DNA of 56,710 nucleotides, taken from positions 1 to 56,710 of the IMG/VR virus record IMGVR_UViG_3300009168_000049; one strand, written 5' to 3'. Made by a program: the position numbers and the translations under genes. The DNA comes from a virus (lineage: Duplodnaviria > Caudoviricetes). The notes below the pieces were generated by a model. It did not search any database and was not told where the DNA came from. It saw only the letters and a list, made by a program, of their open reading frames with translations. Shown here one piece after another: positions 1-8,774 of the stretch. Position 1 is the stretch's first letter. Every line of letters begins with the position of its first letter.

Positions 1-21
1 GAGGGCGGGACAACAACAGTT

Positions 22-456
22 ATGCGCTACCATCAACCCGACCTACAAGCTATGCTATGGCATAGCCGAGAGTGGATTGGTTCACGGCGCTGGGTCTTCA
101 TCCTCGCCGCAGTTCCCGCCGTGTTGTTCGCACTGACCACCACCAAAGCCAAGCCGAAGCCGCCGCCACCAACCTACATCGAGCAAGTGACCCAGCAAGG
201 CGACAGCTTCGTCGAGCGGTTCGGCGAGGAAGGCCCGGCGGTAATCAAGGTGCGCACGATACCCATCGTGCGCACCTCGACACTCTCCGTTCCGGTGCCG
301 GAGAATCCGCCGTCCACAATACCGGTGGCCGAACCTACGCCACCGGTGCGTCAGCGTGAAGCCGCCGTGCGCGTGTCACGCGGTGGTGATATCTGCCAGC
401 GCCACAATATGAAGAAGGTGATGGTTGGCCGCTATCGCTGGAGATGCCGGCGATGA
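22..456 (+). CDS. Membrane-anchored Pro-rich protein with C-terminal Cys pair
   Basis: Hydrophobic WVFILAAVPAVLFAL, Pro-rich linker, C-terminal DICQRHNMKKV...WRCRR; ATGA overlap with next ORF. Confidence 0.6.
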   Translation: MRYHQPDLQAMLWHSREWIGSRRWVFILAAVPAVLFALTTTKAKPKPPPPTYIEQVTQQGDSFVERFGEEGPAVIKVRTIPIVRTSTLSVPVPENPPSTIPVAEPTPPVRQREAAVRVSRGGDICQRHNMKKVMVGRYRWRCRR

Positions 457-686
457 CCGATGTGCACCAGAAGATGGTGGATCGTATCATGTTCGATGAG
501 GCGATCCGCCTCGGTGATGACGCCGCTCGCCGCGCCGACCGCTATCGCGAGATGAGCGTGCTGGCCATCGATGCCATCGAGGGGGCGCTGCTCGCGCTCA
601 AAAGCGGCCGCAGCCAGCAGGCGCGTGAACGTCTGGAGGCCGCCGTGAAACAGATTACGGTGCACACGGCGCGGCTGGTGAAATGA
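453..686 (+). CDS. Hypothetical protein
   Basis: ATGA-coupled at both ends. Confidence 0.6.
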   Translation: MTDVHQKMVDRIMFDEAIRLGDDAARRADRYREMSVLAIDAIEGALLALKSGRSQQARERLEAAVKQITVHTARLVK

Positions 687-1270
687 GCACCACCGATAAA
701 CAGCAGCGGCGGCAAGAGCGTGAGCTCGCACTGGCCAAGAAGATCGTGGCCCTGCCGACCAAGCACTACGGCGTTCTGTATGCGGACCCACCCTGGCGCT
801 TCGAGCCGTACTCGCGCCAGACCGGAATGGATCGCGCGGCGGACAATCACTACCCGACGATGACCACCCAGGACATCATGCTGCTGCGCGTGCCGGCCGC
901 CAAGGACTGCGTGCTATTCCTCTGGGCCACCGCACCGATGCTGCCGGCCGCGCTCGCCGTGATGGCGGCATGGGGTTTCACCTACAAGAGCCACTGGATC
1001 TGGAATAAGGATCGTGTCGGCACCGGCTACTGGGCGCGCAACAAGCACGAGCTGCTGCTGATCGGCACTCGCGGCGAGATTCCAGCACTGGCTCCGGGCA
1101 CCCAGCCGCCGTCGGTGCTCAACTACCCAGCCATTCGCCACAGCGCCAAGCCGCCCGAGTTCCGGGCACTGATCGAAAAGTTTTACCCAAACCTACCCAA
1201 ACTCGAGTTGTTCGCGCGTGGCGAGGCACCGGCAGGGTGGGACTTTTTTGGTAACGAGGCAGTGCCATGA
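683..1270 (+). CDS. MT-A70 family N6-adenine methyltransferase
   Basis: ADPPW catalytic motif, HYPTM, LFLWAT, WGF-YKS-WIWNK, HSAKP and LELFAR, all typical of MT-A70. Confidence 0.92.
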   Translation: MSTTDKQQRRQERELALAKKIVALPTKHYGVLYADPPWRFEPYSRQTGMDRAADNHYPTMTTQDIMLLRVPAAKDCVLFLWATAPMLPAALAVMAAWGFTYKSHWIWNKDRVGTGYWARNKHELLLIGTRGEIPALAPGTQPPSVLNYPAIRHSAKPPEFRALIEKFYPNLPKLELFARGEAPAGWDFFGNEAVP

Positions 1271-1797
1271 CGTGGCAAACCTGTATTGATTTTCCCGGCT
1301 ACGAAGTGTCGCGTGATGGACAGGTCCGTCGCGTAGTTCATGTGTCTCACGCAAGTGTGCCGCCGGGAATCTTAAAAGCTGCTGTCGACAAGGATCACGG
1401 TTATCCGTACTTGAAGCTGCGTGACAAGGATGGCGTGGTGCGTAAGGTGTATATCCATCGTCTAATTGGAAAAGCGTTTCACAATTTGACGGATGATAGC
1501 CATATCGATCATCGCTGGCATGATCCTGCTGATCACACCAGCATTCGTGTAGCGACTCACACGCAGAACATGCGTAACGCCAGAGGCTGGCGCAACAGTA
1601 GCTCGCGGTTCAAAGGTGTTTCGTGGCTTGCGGCAAAACGTAAGTGGTACGCTTGTATCGAACTCGACGGTCGTACCAAGAGTCTTGGCCGGTACGAATC
1701 AGAACAGGACGCAGCACGAGCCTACGACCGTGCGGCGCTAGCTGCGTGGGGTGAGTACGCTTACCTCAATTTCCCGGCTGAGGCGGAAGCGACATGA
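1267..1797 (+). CDS. NUMOD4-HNH-AP2 homing endonuclease-like protein
   Basis: N-terminal W...PGYEVSRDGQVR (NUMOD4); YIHRL...IDH...QNMRN (HNH); SSRFKGVSW...LGRY...AARAYD...AYLNFP (AP2). Confidence 0.88.
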   Translation: MTWQTCIDFPGYEVSRDGQVRRVVHVSHASVPPGILKAAVDKDHGYPYLKLRDKDGVVRKVYIHRLIGKAFHNLTDDSHIDHRWHDPADHTSIRVATHTQNMRNARGWRNSSSRFKGVSWLAAKRKWYACIELDGRTKSLGRYESEQDAARAYDRAALAAWGEYAYLNFPAEAEAT

Positions 1798-2057
1798 GTA
1801 ACGATCACGATATCATCCTCAAGGATCTGACCAATCACCTGGCCGACCGTGTTGATCAAGTGCTCGGTGACTTCGTGCAGAACGCCACTGTGGTTGACAT
1901 CGCACCCGAGAAGATGGCGAAGGCCATGCTCAGCGTGCTAGCTCAAAATGTTGCTTTGCTGGCGCTCAACGGTCCCGGCGCAAAGAACGAGCCAGAGTTT
2001 CTGCGCATGTGCGCCTGGTACTACCGACAGGAGATGGCCGATGTCCAACGCAAATGA
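1794..2057 (+). CDS. Hypothetical protein
   Basis: ATGA overlap, GC3-rich codons. Confidence 0.6.
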   Translation: MSNDHDIILKDLTNHLADRVDQVLGDFVQNATVVDIAPEKMAKAMLSVLAQNVALLALNGPGAKNEPEFLRMCAWYYRQEMADVQRK

Positions 2058-2256
2058 TCCGCCGCAGGGCGCCAAGATCAACATCGGTGGCGGATTGATC
2101 CCGCAGCCGAACGGTACCTTCATCGGCCACATCTGGTTCTCCGATCTGCCGAACGAGGCGGTGGCGCGCAACTTCATGGCGCAGCTCGATGGCCTGGTGA
2201 AGCAGATGTTCAACAGTCCGCCACCACCAGCCGATCGGGATTTCATACGCCAATGA
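2041..2256 (+). CDS. Hypothetical protein
   Basis: GGAG upstream of ATG 2041; coupled to next ORF. Confidence 0.55.
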   Translation: MSNANDPPQGAKINIGGGLIPQPNGTFIGHIWFSDLPNEAVARNFMAQLDGLVKQMFNSPPPPADRDFIRQ

Positions 2257-2486
2257 TCGTCGATGACCTGCGCATGCGGGCCCTGGTCGCCGAGGATGGT
2301 GACCTGATGCGTGAGGCGGCCGCACGAATCGAAGTTTGTCTGGAAGCACTCACTGAGCTGATTGGTGCGCAGCCGAATGTCGAGCAGATGCTCAGCTGTG
2401 CGCGCAAGGCGCATTACGCGCTGCTGGCGAAGCACCCCGATGATCCAGACTATCGTCCGCCACTGTATCGCGGCGGCGCCACGTGA
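2253..2486 (+). CDS. Hypothetical protein
   Basis: 4-nt overlaps at both ends. Confidence 0.6.
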   Translation: MIVDDLRMRALVAEDGDLMREAAARIEVCLEALTELIGAQPNVEQMLSCARKAHYALLAKHPDDPDYRPPLYRGGAT

Positions 2487-2899
2487 GTGACGACGAGCTG
2501 CGCAAGATCTTTCGTAAAAATCTGCGCGGCTTTGACTGGCAAGCGATCGAGACTGGCAGCACCTCCGGCGGTGTGCCGGACATGAACTACGCCGCCGGTG
2601 GTGGGATCGAAGGCTGGATCGAGAACAAGCGCGCCGATCACTGGCGCTGTGTGATCCGGCCGATGCAGATCGGCTGGTGTGAACGCCGGCTGCGCTTCAA
2701 TCCCCGCGTCTTCTGCGCGGTACGCCGGGCGCACGACGAGCTCTGGTTTTTCCACGCCAGCAAGCTGCGCGAGTTGCTCACCCAGCGAATCGATACCGTC
2801 ACCTGCATTGGGCACTGGAGTGGTGGGCCGGCGCGTTGGGACTGGCAGCTACTTTCGCGGACGCTCGGCAACGCGAATTGCAAATCCCACGACGGTTAA
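2483..2899 (+). CDS. VRR-NUC / Holliday-junction resolvase-like PD-(D/E)XK nuclease
   Basis: IETGSTSGGVPD...EGWIENK...IRPMQIGW motif pattern. Confidence 0.8.
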   Translation: MSDDELRKIFRKNLRGFDWQAIETGSTSGGVPDMNYAAGGGIEGWIENKRADHWRCVIRPMQIGWCERRLRFNPRVFCAVRRAHDELWFFHASKLRELLTQRIDTVTCIGHWSGGPARWDWQLLSRTLGNANCKSHDG

Positions 2900-3031
2900 T
2901 CGCACAAAGCTGTTTTGATTAAGAGTTTCAGCGAGTTGGGTGTGCTCGCTGCTCTTCTTATGGCGTAATACATCAGCAACCTGCCTTGCCATAAGAAAAC
3001 GGCGGCTTGCTTTTACAAGCAAACCGCCGTT
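2896..3031. ncRNA. Structured intergenic region with four consecutive inverted repeats (candidate ncRNA or regulatory leader)
   Basis: Stems TTAATC/GATTAA, CAGCGAG/CTCGCTG, TTCTTATGGC/GCCATAAGAA and AACGGCGG-TTGCTT/AAGCAA-CCGCCGTT. Confidence 0.35.
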
Positions 3032-3037
3032 AGGATC

Positions 3038-3559
3038 ATGAACTGGCAAGCACATGACCCGTCAACCAGGGAGTGGAAGTCCATGGCCGATTTTATTGCT
3101 AGCACACCTCCTACCAATTCTCCAGAGCCCGATCCGATCGTCGTGAAGCTGCGCGAGCTGGTCTGGGACGCGATCGACCAGCTGCCCTGCCAGCCGAGTG
3201 ACTTCGCCGTGCTACACAAGATCCTGGCCATAACGAGGAATGGTCATGCGTCCGAGCCAGCACCAGTCGAAATTAAAACCAAAGCGCCGCGCACATTTAA
3301 GCGCAACAAGATGCGCCCTTTTATCGACCACGTCCTGCAATTCCACGATCATCCAACCGGCCGCTTCACCCAAGAAGAGATTCTAGCCGGGTTGCGCAAG
3401 ACCGATTGTGAGCTGGCGCGCGACGACAAGGTGAATTTCAAATCGATCCGTGGCGTCGTGGTCAAGTTCTCGCAGTACTACACCTATGACAAGATCGAGA
3501 AGACCTTCAGCCTGAAGAAACCCCTGCTCAAGGATCCGTTGGTGCCGCCGAAACCTTGA
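3038..3559 (+). CDS. Hypothetical protein, basic, possibly DNA-binding
   Basis: 173-aa ORF, Lys/Arg-rich C-terminal half. Confidence 0.55.
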   Translation: MNWQAHDPSTREWKSMADFIASTPPTNSPEPDPIVVKLRELVWDAIDQLPCQPSDFAVLHKILAITRNGHASEPAPVEIKTKAPRTFKRNKMRPFIDHVLQFHDHPTGRFTQEEILAGLRKTDCELARDDKVNFKSIRGVVVKFSQYYTYDKIEKTFSLKKPLLKDPLVPPKP

Positions 3560-3571
3560 TCGAGGTCGGCC

Positions 3572-4411
3572 ATGACGGACACGTCAAAATTAATTGAGGC
3601 GGTTAAGGCAGCGGTCGCCGAGGGTGAGGCCATCATCACCAAGGCGCAGCGTGATTATAAATTCGCGCCGTCGGCGGACGATGACGACGGACCGCGCATT
3701 CCTTTCAAGTCAGCGCGCGCGGTGCGGGCCGAGGCGCTGGCCGGACCCTACCAATCGACCTACGACGTGTTCACCGAGACGATCCCCGTCACCATCCAGA
3801 ATATCGTCAACTACGCACAGGCGGGGCGCTCCGTGGCGGCGGGCTGGGGTCTAGCCAAGCTGCGCGAGGACTACGAGAAGGTCGAGCCTCGGGATATGCC
3901 GGCCGACGAAATGAGCTGGGCCGCCTTCGCCCGGAAGCGTGTGCCGCTGCCCACCGAACAGCTCAACCAGTTGCTCGGGAACCTGGCCTTCAGTGGTGGC
4001 CGTTTGCAGTGTGTCAAATGCGACACACTCACGATATGCCGCTGCGGCTGCGGGGAACCCTACGTCAACGAGCACCGCTGGGCCGAGTCCGAGTCCGAGC
4101 CTGTAACGAAAGGCGAAACGAAAGTCAGCATCGGTCGCCCGCCTATTTCCGAGAAGGCTATGACGGGAGCCGAACGGCTCCGTAAGTATCGGGAACGTAA
4201 GCGAAATTCCGCACCTTTTGCCTCTGTGGCCGAGGCCCGGAGCAGCGACAAGATCGCCTTCATGAACCGGATCGACACCGCCTGGCGGTTGATCGACGTC
4301 TATGACGGCAGTCTCCCCGAACACCTCGACCAGGACATGCGTGAGCTGGCCGAGGCCACGGCCGCCAAGGCAGCCGCCTTGGTGCAACAGCTAAGGGAGA
4401 GGCCCTCATGA
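3572..4411 (+). CDS. Putative Zn-finger DNA-binding protein
   Basis: GAGG RBS; CVKC...CRCGCG cluster; GRPP...AMTGAERLRKYRERKR basic helix. Confidence 0.6.
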   Translation: MTDTSKLIEAVKAAVAEGEAIITKAQRDYKFAPSADDDDGPRIPFKSARAVRAEALAGPYQSTYDVFTETIPVTIQNIVNYAQAGRSVAAGWGLAKLREDYEKVEPRDMPADEMSWAAFARKRVPLPTEQLNQLLGNLAFSGGRLQCVKCDTLTICRCGCGEPYVNEHRWAESESEPVTKGETKVSIGRPPISEKAMTGAERLRKYRERKRNSAPFASVAEARSSDKIAFMNRIDTAWRLIDVYDGSLPEHLDQDMRELAEATAAKAAALVQQLRERPS

Positions 4412-4962
4412 GTAAGCGCCGACGCACCCGGGCGATCCGCCACGCGTTTCGGATCAAGATCGCACACACCGGCAAGATCATCACCCACTGGGTCAAAGTC
4501 ATTGAGGCCAAGCACGACGTCTTCATCCCGCTTAAAGCTGAGCACGTCTCTCGGTCCATCACACTCGGCGGCGCTGGTAACACCCAGACCTGCACTATGG
4601 CGATTTGCGCCAAGGCCAACGAGAACTGCTTCCCGCACGTTGTCGAGGGCACTATCGACTGGTTCTACACGCGCGCCTTCGTGGTGGCGCAGGTTGACCG
4701 TAATGGTATGCCGTTGACCTGCTACGTCTACGCGCACAGCGACGGCATCGGTCGCATGAACGATACCCCAGGTGGCCAGCGCAAGCTGCTGAAAGAGCTC
4801 GAAGCCAGTGGCGATCGCATCATCCATCTGCGCCCGCTCAAGCCACGGACCGACCGGCGTTCGCCACAGGCCGGCCGGCGTGATGGCAGTCGCACCAAGG
4901 TCACGACGCTGCGCGGTCCACGGCTGCGCTGGGCGGTCGCCCAGGCTGGTGCTGTGGTCTAG
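4408..4962 (+). CDS. Hypothetical basic protein
   Basis: GGAGAGG RBS, ATGA overlap. Confidence 0.65.
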   Translation: MSKRRRTRAIRHAFRIKIAHTGKIITHWVKVIEAKHDVFIPLKAEHVSRSITLGGAGNTQTCTMAICAKANENCFPHVVEGTIDWFYTRAFVVAQVDRNGMPLTCYVYAHSDGIGRMNDTPGGQRKLLKELEASGDRIIHLRPLKPRTDRRSPQAGRRDGSRTKVTTLRGPRLRWAVAQAGAVV

Positions 4963-5002
4963 TCAAGTAATACGGCATGCGAGTCTCTGCTTGCATGTCG
5001 TT

Positions 5003-5031
5003 CATCTAGCACAGCACGAGAGCAAAGTCAA
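5003..5031 (-). promoter_or_regulatory. Leftward sigma70-type promoter (TTGACT-N17-TAGATG, extended -10)
   Basis: Reverse strand reads TTGACTTTGCTCTCGTGCTGTGCTAGATG, a near copy of the rightward promoter at 5066. Confidence 0.5.
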
Positions 5032-5065
5032 TAGCTCATTTCTAGTTATGCATGCAAATAAGAGC

Positions 5066-5093
5066 TTGACTTTCTGGTATCACGTGCTAGATT
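5066..5093 (+). promoter_or_regulatory. Rightward sigma70-type early promoter (TTGACT-N16-TAGATT, TG-extended)
   Basis: TTGACTTTCTGGTATCACGTGCTAGATT in an AT-rich gap, followed by AGGAG RBS and ATG 5121. Confidence 0.7.
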
Positions 5094-5120
5094 ACGGTCA
5101 TCGCAACAAGGAGACCTGCC

Positions 5121-5288
5121 ATGAAGACAGTGATCAGATTGAACGGACCTGGCGGCGAGCTCGCCAAGGTCGTGCTCGATTACGACGACGCCACCACCGA
5201 GGCCATCGCCCAGGCCGCTATTGATATCATCGCGTCCTGCATGTCGATGAGCACAGGCGACACCATCACCGTGACGGACGAGGACTGA
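5121..5288 (+). CDS. Small acidic protein (55 aa, absent from ORF track)
   Basis: AAGGAG RBS; MKTVIRLNGPGGELAKVV...GDTITVTDED. Confidence 0.7.
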   Translation: MKTVIRLNGPGGELAKVVLDYDDATTEAIAQAAIDIIASCMSMSTGDTITVTDED

Positions 5289-5289
5289 C

Positions 5290-5469
5290 ATGCGACTCGC
5301 ATTGATCGAGCTGTGTGATCATGAGGGCTATACCCTCGACACCCGCAGCGTGCCGCTGTTCGAAGGCGAAAGCCATACCGCGTTGGTCGACACCATGCTG
5401 CAAGCCTGGGCCGAGATGATGCTGCGCAATCCCGGCAGCACCATCAAGGTCACGGAGTTTCAGTCGTGA
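5290..5469 (+). CDS. Small protein (59 aa, absent from ORF track)
   Basis: GAGGA RBS; MRLALIELCDHEG...PGSTIKVTEFQS; GTGA overlap with next ORF. Confidence 0.65.
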   Translation: MRLALIELCDHEGYTLDTRSVPLFEGESHTALVDTMLQAWAEMMLRNPGSTIKVTEFQS

Positions 5470-6023
5470 AGCCGCCGCGCCGCCCGTCTAGTATTCTGGC
5501 ACCCGGCCTGCCCGGCGTACGCGTGTACACGCCTGATGAGGCCAAGGAAATAATGAACAGCAAGTGGTGCTGTGAGCATTGCGAAGCTTTGCATGCCGTC
5601 AAGAAGCGCGCGTTTAACAACTCGTTCGTGGTGCAATTGTCGGCGCTGTACCGCTACTTCCAGCGCCCGGCGATCTACAGCAATCTGCAATTCCACCTCG
5701 ACGACACGTCAGGGCACTGGGTGCACGGCGCGCACTATCTGCTGCACTCGGGTCTCCACCCGGAGTGTTCGAAGCTTCGGTTTTGGGGCTTGATCGAGTT
5801 GCATGGCGGGACAAAAGAAGACGGCAATCCGCGCAATGGCTACCTCCGCATCACCGCACGCGGCAAATTTTTCTGCGACCGCAGGTTCAAGATCTACCCG
5901 CACATCCTGACCCGCAACCAGCAGGGTGGTCACGTCGGATATGTCGATGGCGAACTGGTCGGCATCGTCGACGCTGGCGGCATCGGCTTCAACTACAACA
6001 AGGAAATAAGGGGCTGGACATGA
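5466..6023 (+). CDS. Hypothetical protein (CxxC, possible winged helix)
   Basis: CCEHC; SKLRFWGLIE...GYLRITARGKFF. Confidence 0.6.
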   Translation: MKPPRRPSSILAPGLPGVRVYTPDEAKEIMNSKWCCEHCEALHAVKKRAFNNSFVVQLSALYRYFQRPAIYSNLQFHLDDTSGHWVHGAHYLLHSGLHPECSKLRFWGLIELHGGTKEDGNPRNGYLRITARGKFFCDRRFKIYPHILTRNQQGGHVGYVDGELVGIVDAGGIGFNYNKEIRGWT

Positions 6024-6157
6024 AACATTGGGAAGACGTCTACATCGCCGGCGAAAAAGGCTTCTGGTACGTCATCATCGGCGACCTTCGCGCTGGCTAT
6101 TTTCACTATCTAGAGCAGGCCAGACGGTACGTTCGGCAAAACGTTGCAGCGCCATGA
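6020..6157 (+). CDS. Small hypothetical protein (45 aa)
   Basis: ATGA overlaps at both ends. Confidence 0.55.
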   Translation: MKHWEDVYIAGEKGFWYVIIGDLRAGYFHYLEQARRYVRQNVAAP

Positions 6158-7221
6158 AACCCGCCCCCACGCTTGCCGACGACATCATGCGCGAGTGGTC
6201 ACGGCGCAGTTATCGTGAGATCGATCCCAACAACTGGGTGGCCAGCCACATCGCCCAGGCGCGCAAGTTCGTGCTCGACGAGAGCATGTCGACCTTTATG
6301 GCCGACCTGTCCTACACCACACTGAATGCCTGCAAGACTGACGCGAAGCGGCATCACCTGATCGAAAGCATGCGCCGTTTGGCGCGGCTGCCGCACGCCA
6401 TCACCTGGATTGAATTTGACAAGCAGGCGCACCGGCGGCGGGTCAAGGAAGCCTACCACCCGGAGATCGTCGCCGAGCCGGATTCGGTACCGGATCGCAC
6501 CGGCTGGCTGCTGATGCAGCACCCGAAGATCGAGACTGCGTTCATGGCGCTGCATTGTACCAGCCACAGCTGGGACGGCGCCAATAGCCGGCAGTTTTTG
6601 CCGAACGCTGGACAGTTCGCCTATGCCTGGACTTGCGATGACAGCGTGCCGCCGTGGCCGCGCGATTCGTTTTATCACCAGGATCAGCCGTGCTATCTCG
6701 AAAGTGGCGATCCATCAACTATTGCAACGCCAGCCGGCATCTTAAGCGGCGTGTTGAGCTATCAAACGGAATCGTTTTCCATTCTGCAAGCGCCGTACAT
6801 GTCGCGCAAAGCTGATGCGGTGTTCCGGAAAATGGCCGGTCGATATTTCAATCCGCTCGGCGAGATGGCGCACGACGCGCGCTATCTGTGGAGCCTGCTG
6901 GCCACCTTGAACGATCTGCCCACCACACAGGCCGAGATCAAGTCGGACAAGGGCTATCTCTCGCGCGGCAGCTACAAGCGGTTCTGCGATCACACCGTGA
7001 TCAGCCTGACCGTGCCGGCCAAACGTTATGCGCTGGTGGCGAAGCGCGCCATTGCGATCGCCCGGCGGCGCGGCCACCAAGTGCGCGGCCACTTCCGTAT
7101 CAACCGCTGGCATCCGGGCGAGCGCATCTGGGTGCGAGAACATACCCGTGGCGACACGTCGCTTGGATTTGTCCTGCACGACTACACCGTTTCACATGAA
7201 AAACAGCTATTGACTTCTTAG
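6154..7221 (+). CDS. Phage protein with C-terminal RxHxxRGHxR...WVxxHxRG motif
   Basis: RRGHQVRGHFR...IWVREHTRGDTSLG; start ATG 6154 coupled to upstream stop. Confidence 0.75.
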   Translation: MKPAPTLADDIMREWSRRSYREIDPNNWVASHIAQARKFVLDESMSTFMADLSYTTLNACKTDAKRHHLIESMRRLARLPHAITWIEFDKQAHRRRVKEAYHPEIVAEPDSVPDRTGWLLMQHPKIETAFMALHCTSHSWDGANSRQFLPNAGQFAYAWTCDDSVPPWPRDSFYHQDQPCYLESGDPSTIATPAGILSGVLSYQTESFSILQAPYMSRKADAVFRKMAGRYFNPLGEMAHDARYLWSLLATLNDLPTTQAEIKSDKGYLSRGSYKRFCDHTVISLTVPAKRYALVAKRAIAIARRRGHQVRGHFRINRWHPGERIWVREHTRGDTSLGFVLHDYTVSHEKQLLTS

Positions 7222-7237
7222 TTGTTTATGCTATTAT
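7210..7237 (+). promoter_or_regulatory. Sigma70-type early promoter (TTGACT-N16-TATTAT, TG-extended)
   Basis: AGCTATTGACTTCTTAGTTGTTTATGCTATTAT, same architecture as the 5066 promoter. Confidence 0.7.
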
Positions 7238-7274
7238 GAGAACAGTTGAAACCTGCCAAGGAAAGATCCCGAAC

Positions 7275-7730
7275 ATGATCCGTTTGACTGGCGCTGAGCT
7301 ACAGGCTGCACGTCGCGCCGCAGCCGAGAAGTTCCTGGCGATCGGCACCTTCTATGTGCCAGCCGGCTGGACTGTGAAGTATCGTAAAGCATTGAGCGGT
7401 CGCTGCATCTATCGCACCAAGACCATCGATGCGCCCAAGCCGGTAACGCGCAAGGCACTCTACATCTTCCTGCATGAGTGCGCACACGCGGTGCTGCACT
7501 ATCCCATCGTGGAGCGCAGCCTGTCTGAGTACAAGCGCAAGCCCAAGCACGTGATCGAGCTGGAGGCCGAGCAGTGGGCGCACGCCACGATGCGCCAGCA
7601 CGGCATCGCGGTGCCGCGCGCCATGACGGTGCGCGCCAAGGATTATGTCGCACGCAAGATCCTTCAGGCCGAGCTGCGCGGCGCCAAATCGATTGACCCG
7701 GCGGCGCGTCGCTACGCAAGGAGAGGGTGA
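7275..7730 (+). CDS. HExxH zinc metallopeptidase-like protein (ImmA/IrrE/SprT-like)
   Basis: FLHECAH followed by ELEAEQWA; start moved to ATG 7275 because ATG 7236 overlaps the -10 box. Confidence 0.72.
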   Translation: MIRLTGAELQAARRAAAEKFLAIGTFYVPAGWTVKYRKALSGRCIYRTKTIDAPKPVTRKALYIFLHECAHAVLHYPIVERSLSEYKRKPKHVIELEAEQWAHATMRQHGIAVPRAMTVRAKDYVARKILQAELRGAKSIDPAARRYARRG

Positions 7731-8774
7731 TGGGCGAATGGGTTGAAGAAGATTACGCCCGTTGGGTAGCCGATCAATACGAGGAGAGGATGATGGTTGT
7801 CGTCGCTAATAAATATCAACCGGTCACGTTGCCCACGGCGCAGGAGGCCGAGCAGATGGCGGCCGAGCGTGAGGAGTGGGCGCGCCAGGCACGCGAGAAG
7901 GATCTGATCGGCACCGCGCGCGAGTACGAGCTGACCGCGCTGTTGCTGCGCGCTCTGGTCAAGCAGGAGGCAGCAACATGAGCATCCGCATCGTTTGGCC
8001 CGAGACCCTGCTGCTATCGCATGCGGTGATCGAGGCGTGGTTCGTCGAGGAACTGGAGAAGGGCACTATTCCGCCGCACGAAGTCAATGCCAGAACCCCC
8101 GAGGCGATGGCCGAAGCATTGCACAACGCCGGCCGGATCCGGCTTGCCAGCAAGCAAGTTTACTGATACCACGAAATGGAAATGATCATGTCGTACGAGC
8201 TCACCAAGTTTCCCAAGAACGTCCGCTACACCATGATGGAGAATCACCTGTTCGACATGCTGCCGAAGAACGGTAAGCGGGTCAGCAGTGCTGATATCGC
8301 CGATGGCCGTAAGGCGCTGGGCAAGTGGGACGTCAAGTTCCCGCTCAAGAACATCACCGTGGTGATGAACAATCTCATCGAGAAGATCGACGCCAATCGC
8401 GAGACATTCCGGCTGGCCAAGGACGGCAAGTATCCGGGCCACCCGGAAGTCGAATACTGGCTCGAGCCGCGCAGCAAGAAGAAGGCGAACGGCAAATGAA
8501 AACCGTCACTGTGATCCGCGCCGTTGAGTTTGCCAACGGCGCACCCTGTCCGCATGCCGGTCAGTGGCTCAAGTCGTTCGACCACAACGCCTACAAGGGC
8601 CGTGGCTACGGCGTCTACACCGATGACCCACGCAAGGCGCTGCGCTTTGCCAGTCCCGGTGAGGCGATGGCCTTCTGGGCGCGCCAAGCGGACGTCAATC
8701 CGATTCGCCCGGACGGCCAGCCGAACAAACCGCTGACGGCGCTGACTGCTAGTTTCGAACAGCTGGTGCTGTGA
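7727..8774 (+). other. Four small hypothetical genes (7727-7981, 7978-8166, 8176-8499, 8496-8774)
   Basis: RBSs and mostly ATGA/GTGA overlaps; 8176-8499 is basic and winged-helix-like. Confidence 0.6.

Noticed and set aside
1267-1797. Intron-encoded endonuclease or restriction partner of the methyltransferase
   Set aside because: Flanking genes are intact and coupled by ATGA overlaps; the domain layout is that of free-standing phage HNH genes
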